Below are positions 37,866-45,477 of a stretch of 61,104 bases of DNA, one piece after another. Both the position numbers and the translations under genes were made by a program. The notes under the pieces were generated by a model, which saw only the letters and a program-made list of their open reading frames with translations, made no database searches and was not told the origin of the DNA. The stretch is from Candidatus Omnitrophota bacterium (lineage in GTDB: Bacteria > Omnitrophota > Gorgyraeia > Gygaellales > Profunditerraquicolaceae): assembly GCA_043814315.1 (NCBI GenBank), contig JBDRKE010000016.1, positions 1 to 61,104 on the forward strand, in the 5' to 3' direction. The stretch's first letter is position 1. Every line of letters begins with the position of its first letter.

Positions 37866-38822
37866 CTATCTCCTGCGGCTGGGCATGAACGGATTACTTC
37901 CCTCATTGCTTGCAGGCAACGCATATTTCTTCGTCTTCACAACCACCGTATCCTCAGAGCCTATGCCGGAAAGTATCTCTACATTCTTATTTTCTGAAAT
38001 CCCTAACTTCACTTCCCGTTTCACCGGCGGCACGCCACCTGCCTGCTTGACGTAAACATAAGTTGCCTCTTTTTCTCTTATTACGGCCTCGGCAGGCAAT
38101 AACAGAGAATTCTCTTTGTTTTTCTCGATAAAATTAACCGTGGCATTCATTCCCGAACGCAAAAATTCCGGCAAATCTTGAGCCACTAAATCCACTTCAT
38201 ATATAGTAACGTTGTTTACTGTTTTTGACTCGTAATAAATGTGGTCCACTTTGGCTTTGATCTTTGTATCGGGATAGGCATCCAGAATGATGACCGCTTC
38301 CTGCTGTATTTTAATCTTGCCGATATCGGTTTCATCAACCTGGGCCCTAACAATCAGCTCATCCGACAAGACGATGACCGCATCGCTTGTTGTTACGGTC
38401 TGGCCCGGCTGGGTCTTAGCCACAATGACTTCTGCGTCAATCGGAGAAATCAGCGGGATGGCCTTATACACCCCCACCCAGTATTTTAAGGTTTCCTCTC
38501 CCTGGCCCCGCGCCGCATCCAAAAGCGCGGCCCGTTCGGTAGAACTCATCCAGGCAAGCGTTGAGCCGGCTTTTACAATGTCCCCTTCCTGAACCCGTAT
38601 CTCTTCTATCCTGCCGTTCACCGGCGGCTTGACCTCTAACCTGTTCTTCGGTAAAACCGTACCGGTTGATGAGATAATATTCCGGATGGCCCCCAAGACC
38701 GGCTTGACCTCTTTGATAACTTCTGTGTTTGCCCCCTCTGGCTTTATCTTAAAAAAATAAAATGCACCGGCGGCAGCTAAAATGAGAGCGACAAATATTA
38801 TTTTTTTCTTATTTTTGCGCAT
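37866..38822 (-). CDS. macA: HlyD/MacA-type periplasmic adaptor
   Basis: N-terminal TM anchor; barrel-sandwich and beta-barrel regions. Overlaps the upstream TolC-like gene by 14 bp. Confidence 0.8.
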   Translation of the reverse strand: MRKNKKKIIFVALILAAAGAFYFFKIKPEGANTEVIKEVKPVLGAIRNIISSTGTVLPKNRLEVKPPVNGRIEEIRVQEGDIVKAGSTLAWMSSTERAALLDAARGQGEETLKYWVGVYKAIPLISPIDAEVIVAKTQPGQTVTTSDAVIVLSDELIVRAQVDETDIGKIKIQQEAVIILDAYPDTKIKAKVDHIYYESKTVNNVTIYEVDLVAQDLPEFLRSGMNATVNFIEKNKENSLLLPAEAVIREKEATYVYVKQAGGVPPVKREVKLGISENKNVEILSGIGSEDTVVVKTKKYALPASNEGSNPFMPSRRR

Positions 38823-40437
38823 ATTCTAACGTTTCTCCTTTCGCCTGAATCCAGCTGGCTTCGGCAAGCAAAGCAGCTGCCCGGGCATCCAGATAACTTC
38901 TTTTAACTCTTACCAAATCATCCTGAATAATAATCCAGTTATCAAAACTGATGAAACCAATGGAATACTGGGCCTCGGCTATCCTGGAGCGTTCCAGCGC
39001 CGCATCCAATGATTTACGCTCCACCTCCACGGCCTCAAGGGCATCCTGCAGGGCTGCCCACGCCCTCTCCAGGCTCACGACAGCCGTGTCTCCAATACTG
39101 CGCTCATTGGCCTGGGCCTGATTATAGAGGGCCTTGGCCTGATTTAACTGGGCTGTCTTTAATCCTCCCTCAAATATCGGCACATCTAAACTTAAACCCA
39201 GATTCCACCCCTCGTTTTCAGGAGGCCAGTGAGAACTGGATTTATCCGCTCCGGCTGACCCGGTGAGCTTAGGTGAAAAATTACCGTAAGCGGATTTCAA
39301 ACTGAAGGCCGCTGAGTTTGTCTTGGCAGCCGCCTGCAATACGGAAGGGTTGTTTTTAACGATCCCTTCAAAATCGGGCTTTTCTTTTGCGCTGTCGCGG
39401 ACCACAAAATCCCCGCTGGCCACCATGGGCTTAAATTGCCTTTGCCCCATTTCCTTGGCCAGCTGCCTCCGGCCAAATTCCACGTCTCTTTTGGCCTGGG
39501 AAAGGCCGGAATAAGCTTCTGCGATATTGGCCTCTGCTGTCAACAAAGCGCCCTTATGCTCTAATCCGGACTGGTAACCCAAAGTTATCAACTCCAGGTT
39601 ATCCCGTCGCAAGTTTACGATATCCTCTTCAACGCGTATCAATTCCTGCGCCTTGAGTAAATTAACGAAAGCGCTGCGCAGATTAAATCTGACTTCAGAG
39701 GAGGTAAATCTATAATTCTGCCGGGCCGCTTTGATGTTTTCGGAGGCAGCCTTGACATCATGGACGGTCTTAAGGCCGTCGAAAACCAGCTGCGTGGCGC
39801 TTGCGCCGTAGGAATAGGAATCGCGGGTGGAAGTGCTTATCTTGGAGGTTGAGGCATCCACCCCGGCGCTGATTTGGGGGAAAAGAGCGCTTGCGGCACT
39901 ACCCTTGCCCGCTTCTTTCTCCTTGACCCCTTCCACCGCATAAATCAAATCAGGGTTATTAACCCTGGCCTCGGCAAGACAATCTTCCCAGTTAAGAATT
40001 TCTTCTGCATGAAGGGGTGAAGATAAGAAAAACGAAATGAATAAGAAAAGAATGCAGCAAGATTTATGTCTTTTGCGCAGCCCATCTATGCCGAATACCG
40101 CTTGTTTATTGGCCATAAGAAAGAGTGCCTGGCCTAAAAGTGCGATATCCCTTATTTCCTGAAACTCTAAAAGAATCAATATGGCCAGAAGCTGCAGGGC
40201 CGCCAGCCCGCTTGCCAGACGGGTCCATAAACCTAAGATAAGCGCCAGGCCAGTTGCCACTTCCAGGCCACCGATGAATTTTACGGATAACTGAGGGCTG
40301 AAGGCCAGACGCTGAAACACCTCCATACTTTCAATGGTGCGCGCCCAGTAATCATGCTGAAACTTTCCGATTCCAAAGATAAGGAACACGACCCCCAGGC
40401 TCACCCGCAACACAAGCAGGGCTATATTCTTAGGCAT
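38809..40437 (-). CDS. In-frame DoxX (4-TM) plus TolC-family outer-membrane-factor fusion ORF
   Basis: Residues 1 to about 120 form a DoxX-like 4-TM module ending QAVFGIDGL. This is followed by RKRHK-SCCILFLFISFFLSSPLHA-EE (signal-peptide-like) and a full duplicated OEP/TolC body. Confidence 0.7.
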   Translation of the reverse strand: MPKNIALLVLRVSLGVVFLIFGIGKFQHDYWARTIESMEVFQRLAFSPQLSVKFIGGLEVATGLALILGLWTRLASGLAALQLLAILILLEFQEIRDIALLGQALFLMANKQAVFGIDGLRKRHKSCCILFLFISFFLSSPLHAEEILNWEDCLAEARVNNPDLIYAVEGVKEKEAGKGSAASALFPQISAGVDASTSKISTSTRDSYSYGASATQLVFDGLKTVHDVKAASENIKAARQNYRFTSSEVRFNLRSAFVNLLKAQELIRVEEDIVNLRRDNLELITLGYQSGLEHKGALLTAEANIAEAYSGLSQAKRDVEFGRRQLAKEMGQRQFKPMVASGDFVVRDSAKEKPDFEGIVKNNPSVLQAAAKTNSAAFSLKSAYGNFSPKLTGSAGADKSSSHWPPENEGWNLGLSLDVPIFEGGLKTAQLNQAKALYNQAQANERSIGDTAVVSLERAWAALQDALEAVEVERKSLDAALERSRIAEAQYSIGFISFDNWIIIQDDLVRVKRSYLDARAAALLAEASWIQAKGETLEYAQK

Positions 40438-40438
40438 C

Positions 40439-40777
40439 TTATTCTATCCTGATTCTCGCTTCCTTTTTACCGGTGATACTGCAATATCCTTCCACGGACA
40501 CCTCATCCCCCGTCTTAACGTCAGGGAGAAGATATACCACGACCTGTTCGTTTTCGTTATCCTGCCGCGAGATTTTATGGGAAAGAACCTCTTTGCCGTT
40601 AAGCGCAACATCAATCTTAGCTATATAATGGGCCGAAGGGTTTTCTACGGGATGGATGATCTTGGCGGTAAGAATCTTAGCCTCCCTATTAAAACTCACT
40701 TCAATATAAGCCGGCGGATGTGCCAAGGCCGTGCCCGCAAACAGCAGCATTACCAAACATAATAATAGTTTTTTCAT
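40439..40777 (-). CDS. Small secreted protein resembling the desulfoferrodoxin/neelaredoxin iron-binding fold
   Basis: Signal peptide ending ALA-HPP. HPPAYIEV, IIHPVENPSAHYIAKIDV and EGYCSITG are spaced like the SOR ligand motifs, but Thr occupies the position of the last His. Start moved to MKKLLL (ATG at 40777). Confidence 0.4.
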   Translation of the reverse strand: MKKLLLCLVMLLFAGTALAHPPAYIEVSFNREAKILTAKIIHPVENPSAHYIAKIDVALNGKEVLSHKISRQDNENEQVVVYLLPDVKTGDEVSVEGYCSITGKKEARIRIE

Positions 40778-40822
40778 AAACCCTCCTTTTTCCTCTAAGC
40801 CTGGCATCTCACAGAACGCCCC

Positions 40823-41314
40823 TTATTCAACCCTGGATCCCGCCCCCATAAGAAAACCCCGTGCCCTCTCAGCCCGTTCATAACGGTTAACAATATCCCA
40901 GAATGCCCTGCTGTGGTTTGGCTCGATTAAATGCGCCATTTCGTGCATGACCACATAGTCTCTGACCCATCCCGGCATCAGTCCGATTTTATGCGATATA
41001 CGGATACGAGCGGATCGATAACTGCAGCAGCCGAATTTGCTGTTCTGGTCAGTAACGTATTCTATGGAGTCGATCTTCAGTTTATCGCCGAAGTATTTCT
41101 TATTGAGCTTATCCGCTATATCCATAAGATTCTGTTTCCTGCCTATTTCCTCTTTGAGTTTTTTTCTTTCGAATTTTACCTTGAAATCCGCGACAATCCT
41201 CTCCAGGCGCGCCTGAGGAAGCACGGCAGGAGCACGGACCCAAAGCGTATCTTTGACCAATCGCGCGCTGACTGTCCGCCTTCGCCTTCTGCTCTTCAAT
41301 ATTTTTACTTCCAT
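40823..41314 (-). CDS. DUF45/YgjP-type (M48-like) metal-dependent hydrolase
   Basis: YVVMHEMAHLIEPNHSRAFW motif typical of the family. Confidence 0.75.
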   Translation of the reverse strand: MEVKILKSRRRRRTVSARLVKDTLWVRAPAVLPQARLERIVADFKVKFERKKLKEEIGRKQNLMDIADKLNKKYFGDKLKIDSIEYVTDQNSKFGCCSYRSARIRISHKIGLMPGWVRDYVVMHEMAHLIEPNHSRAFWDIVNRYERAERARGFLMGAGSRVE

Positions 41315-41323
41315 TCCTTCCTT

Positions 41324-41731
41324 TCAGTCTGCCGTCTCCCGGACCCTGGCCCTAAAAAGCTTTTTTTCGGAATGTCGGCGCTTGGCTTGTAGAATCTTTA
41401 ATTTGGCGCGCCGGGACCTTCTTCTCTTCTGCCTGCGTATCTTCTCAATGCGCTTTCTTTCTTCGGAAAGGCTCCCCAGAATGCGGGCCTCTATTTTTTT
41501 TAAAAGGGCCTGCCGGGCTAAAAAACGGTTCAGTGCCTGAGAACGTTCCTTTTGGCATTTGACCTCAATACCTGTGGGAACATGCCTCAGATACACGCAA
41601 GTTGAAACCTTATTCACATTCTGTCCGCCCGGGCCCCGGGAACGGATGAATTTTTCTTGGATATCCTCTTCCCGCACTCCGAGGCGAATCATCTTTTCCC
41701 GCAGCCCCCTCTCTTTCTCTACCCCAACCAT
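41324..41731 (-). CDS. ArfB-like / class-I release-factor-domain protein (GGQ peptidyl-tRNA hydrolase)
   Basis: SRGPGGQNVNKVST motif and a highly basic C-terminal tail. The true start may be the internal MIRLGV (ATG at 41692). Confidence 0.75.
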   Translation of the reverse strand: MVGVEKERGLREKMIRLGVREEDIQEKFIRSRGPGGQNVNKVSTCVYLRHVPTGIEVKCQKERSQALNRFLARQALLKKIEARILGSLSEERKRIEKIRRQKRRRSRRAKLKILQAKRRHSEKKLFRARVRETAD

Positions 41732-41901
41732 ACCCTCTCCTGTTCTCTAACGGATAGGCTGTCACGAAACCCGTGCCAGCCCGTGACATCGGTGACGTTC
41801 CTCAAGGGGCACCCTTTTAAGAAAACTTTATTCTAACGTGCCTCCTTATAATAAGTTATTTATGTTAAGCCTGGTACCTGAAAGAACATCCCTGATTTTT
41901 T

Positions 41902-41930
41902 ATTATACCACTACCTTAGCGAAATGGTAA
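41902..41930 (-). promoter_or_regulatory. Candidate sigma-70 promoter with extended -10
   Basis: Minus strand: TTACCA (41930-41925), 17 nt, TGG-TATAAT (-10 at 41907-41902). Confidence 0.4.
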
Positions 41931-41933
41931 AGC

Positions 41934-41973
41934 AAAAAGGGACTGCCTCACTTATCGAGAAACAATCCCTTTT
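41934..41973 (-). terminator. Terminator-like hairpin after the Spy/CpxP-like gene
   Basis: Minus strand AAAGGGA-N24-TCCCTTT followed by TTGCTTT, preceded by an A9 run. Confidence 0.45.
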
Positions 41974-42005
41974 TTTTTCATAGTGGACTTCTAACGGTAG
42001 CTGCG

Positions 42006-42491
42006 CTATTGTCGGCTGGGCTCCTTGCCTTTTTTGAATCTTTCGCACCAGTTAAAAAAACGCCCCTTTTTACCTTCCTTGCGTTTTTCTGTCTTCTCTT
42101 GAAATTTGGCAAATTGTTCTCTCGTCAAGATCTCCTTGGCCGCAAAGATACCGTTCATCCTGTGGTCGATGAGCTGCGCCTGCAGGAACTTGATCTCATC
42201 GGCAAGCGGCTGCACGAGCTCCCTGGTAACGGAAGGGTTTTTCAATGCCTCCTGCAACTTCGCGTGTTTTTCGTTTACGGCCTCATGCAGTTTTTTCATC
42301 TCTATGCGCTGCGCCTTGCGGTTTTGCTCCAGGCGGCTCTGCTGCTCCTGCGTCAAATTCAGCTCTTTGAACATACGGCCTTTGGGCCCGTCGCAGGTTC
42401 CCTCTTCCTTGTCCGGCGGTTGGGCATAGAGCGTACCGGCGGAAAGAAACAATACAGCCAAACCCATCCCTACGAATCTCATATTCTTCAT
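42006..42491 (-). CDS. Periplasmic Spy/CpxP-family (LTxxQ) protein
   Basis: Signal peptide and a helical body with LTQEQQSRLEQNRK. Start at MKNMRF (ATG at 42491) with GAGGAGG upstream. Confidence 0.7.
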   Translation of the reverse strand: MKNMRFVGMGLAVLFLSAGTLYAQPPDKEEGTCDGPKGRMFKELNLTQEQQSRLEQNRKAQRIEMKKLHEAVNEKHAKLQEALKNPSVTRELVQPLADEIKFLQAQLIDHRMNGIFAAKEILTREQFAKFQEKTEKRKEGKKGRFFNWCERFKKGKEPSRQ

Positions 42492-42539
42492 CGCGTCACC
42501 TCCTCGTATAATCTTCACGTATAACATTGGATTATACGT

Positions 42540-42604
42540 GATTACTAAGATTATTTTAGATTTCAAAGATTAAACCATTAATCTCCTTATTAATCCGTGT
42601 AATC
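42540..42604. repeat. Family-B GATT-box array, degenerate copy 3
   Basis: gattactaagatt (42540-42552), gatttcaaagatt (42559-42571), and the inverted aatccgtgtaatc (42592-42604). Same layout as 18940-19000. Confidence 0.65.
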
Positions 42605-42657
42605 TGTTTTTTAATCGCTGCAATCAAGACAACCACTGTTTTCCCGCTATAGGATGT

Positions 42658-43146
42658 CTATAAAAAATACTCCTCTATACTGGTCCCGAAATCATAAAGT
42701 ATATCACCGTTCATACTGTCCAGACTGTAAACGGTGTTAAAGCTGTCCTGATAATTTACTGTGTTGAAAAAGGAACTCTTCCGGAGGAAGGTCCCGGCGA
42801 AAAGCGCAACAAAGATGATTACCGCAAGCGCTCTGGCTAAAACATATATCGGTTTAGGAGCGAATAAATAGTTTCTTAACCGCTCAAAGACCCCCACACT
42901 CAGGCGCTCCTCCTGATTCAGGCCTTCTGTAAGGATTTTCTCACGGATATTCTGCCAAACACGCTCAGGCGCCTCCTGCTGTCTGACCCCCTGAAAAAGA
43001 ACACGTTGGGATTGCAACTCTTGCTCTAATCCGCGGCAATGCGGGCACCCCGCGAGATGACCCCTAATAAGCTGCTCCTGGTCCTGGTTCACTTCACCGT
43101 CTAAATAATCCGTTTTTAGTAATTCCTGTATTTTTCTACAGCGCAT
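42658..43146 (-). CDS. Anti-sigma factor (zf-HC2 type) with one TM helix
   Basis: HLAGCPHC (Hx3Cx2C) motif; a TM helix near residue 100. Overlaps the sigma gene by 11 bp. Confidence 0.75.
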   Translation of the reverse strand: MRCRKIQELLKTDYLDGEVNQDQEQLIRGHLAGCPHCRGLEQELQSQRVLFQGVRQQEAPERVWQNIREKILTEGLNQEERLSVGVFERLRNYLFAPKPIYVLARALAVIIFVALFAGTFLRKSSFFNTVNYQDSFNTVYSLDSMNGDILYDFGTSIEEYFL

Positions 43147-43717
43147 CTTTCACCCGAGCCTTTCCTGCTCCCTCTAACAGCGCCTGGCGCGCCCGTTTCA
43201 GCCGGGTGCGCACAGTATTCACCGGGATTTTCAAGGTTGCGGCAATCTCCCTGTAACTTAAGCCCTGCAATTCCCGTAAGACCAAACATGCCTTTTGCTT
43301 GTGGTTCAAAATCTCTAACAACGCCTTAATCCTTGTTTCATTATCCTGTTCCATAAGCTCATCTGCAGCCGAATGACGGCTTGCCAGCGCTCCCGCGACG
43401 CTGTCGTAATCCACCCTGCCCCCTTCCTCTCTTCTGGATTTACGGTATTGATTAATCGCAGTGTTCATCGTGATCCTGTAAACCCATGTCCTGAATGCCG
43501 AGCGAAACTCAAATCTTTTTAAGTTGCGGTATATCTTCATAAACACATCCTGGGTGACTTCCTCGGTATCCGCGTTGTTGCGGGTGACTTGCAAAGCCAC
43601 ATTATAAACAAAAGAACTGAACGTCTTATATATCTGCTCAAAAGCCCCTATGTCCCCCCCAGAGGCTCTCTCTAATATGTCCGGGGCAATATCGCTCATT
43701 TTCATCCTAACTTCCAT
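43136..43717 (-). CDS. ECF-type sigma-70 family RNA polymerase sigma factor
   Basis: Region 2 (FVYNVALQVTRN...EVTQDVFMKIY) and region 4 HTH (LSYREIAATLKIPVNTVRTRL). Confidence 0.9.
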   Translation of the reverse strand: MEVRMKMSDIAPDILERASGGDIGAFEQIYKTFSSFVYNVALQVTRNNADTEEVTQDVFMKIYRNLKRFEFRSAFRTWVYRITMNTAINQYRKSRREEGGRVDYDSVAGALASRHSAADELMEQDNETRIKALLEILNHKQKACLVLRELQGLSYREIAATLKIPVNTVRTRLKRARQALLEGAGKARVKDAL

Positions 43718-44237
43718 ACAGCGCTTTCAGCTGCTCCACAGTCGGATGGCCGGGATAATACTCTCCCTGCGGCCCTAAATAACCATCTCCATACCTGGCC
43801 AAAGTTACGGGGGTAAACCTTCCCCTTGCATTGGGGACATTGATGGTGATCCTTTCAGCGCCGGGACTTACGTTCGGGTAAGGCACAGGCTGCGGGACAA
43901 CCATGTATCCGCCGGGACTTGCCCTGTAATAAATATCGTCATAATAATAGTAGGTTATGCCGCTAAACACAAGGGTCTTGTGTCTAGATGGCAGGACCGT
44001 AACCACAGCCCCAAAGGGAGGCCGTACAACAAAAAGGCCGAAATTGAAGAAAGTCGGCCAATAGAATCTCCCGTCGTAATAACGGTATGTCTTATGTTTG
44101 ACGGCTACTATTTCATGATGCCTGCCGGAGCCTGGCTTGCGACCCTCGCGGGCCAACGCCTCTTGCGCAGGCATCAAAAGAATCAAGCTCATCAACAGTT
44201 CTAACCCAAGCTTAACTGCTAAAGGTCTTTTTGCCAT
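43707..44237 (-). CDS. Secreted Tyr-rich hypothetical protein; first gene of the ECF operon
   Basis: Signal peptide; YRYYDGRFYWP and ITYYYYDDIYYRASPGGYMVV motifs. No family assigned with confidence. Confidence 0.5.
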   Translation of the reverse strand: MAKRPLAVKLGLELLMSLILLMPAQEALAREGRKPGSGRHHEIVAVKHKTYRYYDGRFYWPTFFNFGLFVVRPPFGAVVTVLPSRHKTLVFSGITYYYYDDIYYRASPGGYMVVPQPVPYPNVSPGAERITINVPNARGRFTPVTLARYGDGYLGPQGEYYPGHPTVEQLKALYGS

Positions 44238-44267
44238 CTTCTCCTCCTTTTTTGCCTCTCTACACTA

Positions 44268-44296
44268 TTGGACAATAAAAGAAGAGAAAAAGTTCC
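44268..44296 (-). promoter_or_regulatory. ECF-type promoter (GGAACTT-N16-GTCCAA)
   Basis: Read on the minus strand: GGAACTT at 44296-44290, GTCCAA at 44273-44268. About 30 nt upstream of the ATG at 44237. Confidence 0.55.
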
Positions 44297-44303
44297 GATA
44301 AAA

Positions 44304-45272
44304 TTACACAGCCTCCATGGTCGAAGGGGGCTTCGTGGCTATATTATAGGTAACGCTGACAACTCCCGGCACCTCATTCACGATGCGGCTTGAGAGTTTC
44401 TCCATAACCGCATAAGGAAGCCGCGAGGGCGAAGCCTTACGCGCATCAATGCTGTCCCAGCAGCGGATTTCAATCTGCTGGCCGAACTCTCTTTTGTTAT
44501 CGCGCATACCGGTCACCCTGTCCTGATGCAGGATGGCCATATACTGAAAAGCTCCGATGGAAGCAAGTTCCTCCTCAACAATCACCGTGGCCTTGCGCAC
44601 AAGGGCAATACGCTCAGGCGTAGCCTCTGCGATGACGCGCGCAGCCAGGGCCGGGCCGGGAAAAGGCATCCGGTTATAAATGGATTCCGGCAGGCCTAGC
44701 GCCTCAGCGACCTTACGCACCCCGTCTTTACGCAGCTGCACCAGCGGCTCGATGATTTTATATCCAAAAGCCTCCTGCGGGTCAATCCCCAACTGCTCAA
44801 AGACATTGTGTTGGCGTTTGATCCCCGCGACGGTTTCGTCGATATCCGTAAGGATGGTACCCTGCAGGAGGTATTTGGCCTTGCTTTTTTTGACGAGGTT
44901 GCCGAAGACCTTTTTGTAAAATGTCTGGGTGATGGCCTCGCGTTTTTCTTCCGGATCCGTAATTCCTTTTAAGGCGCTGAAGAATTCTTCCTGCGCATCG
45001 ATAATCTCGACGTCTACGCCCAGGCCTTTGAATATAGAAGCGATTTTTTGCGGTTCACCCTCGCGCATGATTCCATTGTCGATAAAATAAGTCTTAAGCC
45101 TCTCTCCCAACGCCTTATGCCCCAGCATCGTCACGCAGGAGGAATCCACCCCTCCGGATAAGGCATTGACCGCAAAATCCTCTCCCGCCATCTTGGAGAT
45201 TTCTGCTGTTTTCTCCTGAATAAATTCCCGCGTATCCAATTCATTGACCGTTATCTCTTTGATTGTAGCCAT
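44304..45272 (-). CDS. Stand-alone GMP-synthase-like ATP pyrophosphatase subunit (GuaA C-terminal half; no GATase domain)
   Basis: PP-loop SGGVDSS, DPEEKR, LLQGT, PFPGP and a KPPSTME C-terminus, collinear with the GuaA ATP-PPase and dimerisation domains. Confidence 0.75.
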   Translation of the reverse strand: MATIKEITVNELDTREFIQEKTAEISKMAGEDFAVNALSGGVDSSCVTMLGHKALGERLKTYFIDNGIMREGEPQKIASIFKGLGVDVEIIDAQEEFFSALKGITDPEEKREAITQTFYKKVFGNLVKKSKAKYLLQGTILTDIDETVAGIKRQHNVFEQLGIDPQEAFGYKIIEPLVQLRKDGVRKVAEALGLPESIYNRMPFPGPALAARVIAEATPERIALVRKATVIVEEELASIGAFQYMAILHQDRVTGMRDNKREFGQQIEIRCWDSIDARKASPSRLPYAVMEKLSSRIVNEVPGVVSVTYNIATKPPSTMEAV

Positions 45273-45315
45273 ACCTCTACGCCTCCTCGCATAATATGTG
45301 TTGTTAACTAAGTTA

Positions 45316-45445
45316 AATACGGTTATCAGGGTATTGGGATATCTGGATTTGAAGATCAGGAGATCGGGATATCGGGTGTTTTTCCTGATTCCCTGAAACC
45401 CTGATATCCAAATCCTGATACCCTGATATCCAGATATCCGTATTT
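45316..45445. repeat. 130-bp imperfect palindrome built from GATATC / CAGGGTAT words
   Basis: aaatacgg...gggatatctggatttg... pairs with ...caaatcctgataccctgatatccagatatccgtattt. Lies between carB and the guaA-like gene. Confidence 0.7.
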
Positions 45446-45477
45446 AGCATGTTGCTACCTCACTCTTACAGTTGTCT

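Noticed and set aside
41764-41779. Sigma-54-like site CTGGCACGGGTTTCGT upstream of the ArfB-like gene
   Set aside because: The -24 element is perfect, but the -12 element reads TCGT instead of TTGC, so the invariant GC is missing. More likely this is the loop of a TGTCACG/CGTGACA hairpin.
42009-42524. 171-aa plus-strand ORF mirroring the Spy/CpxP-like gene
   Set aside because: The minus frame has a signal peptide, an LTxxQ-type helical body and a strong RBS. The plus frame is a Leu-rich shadow with no start context.
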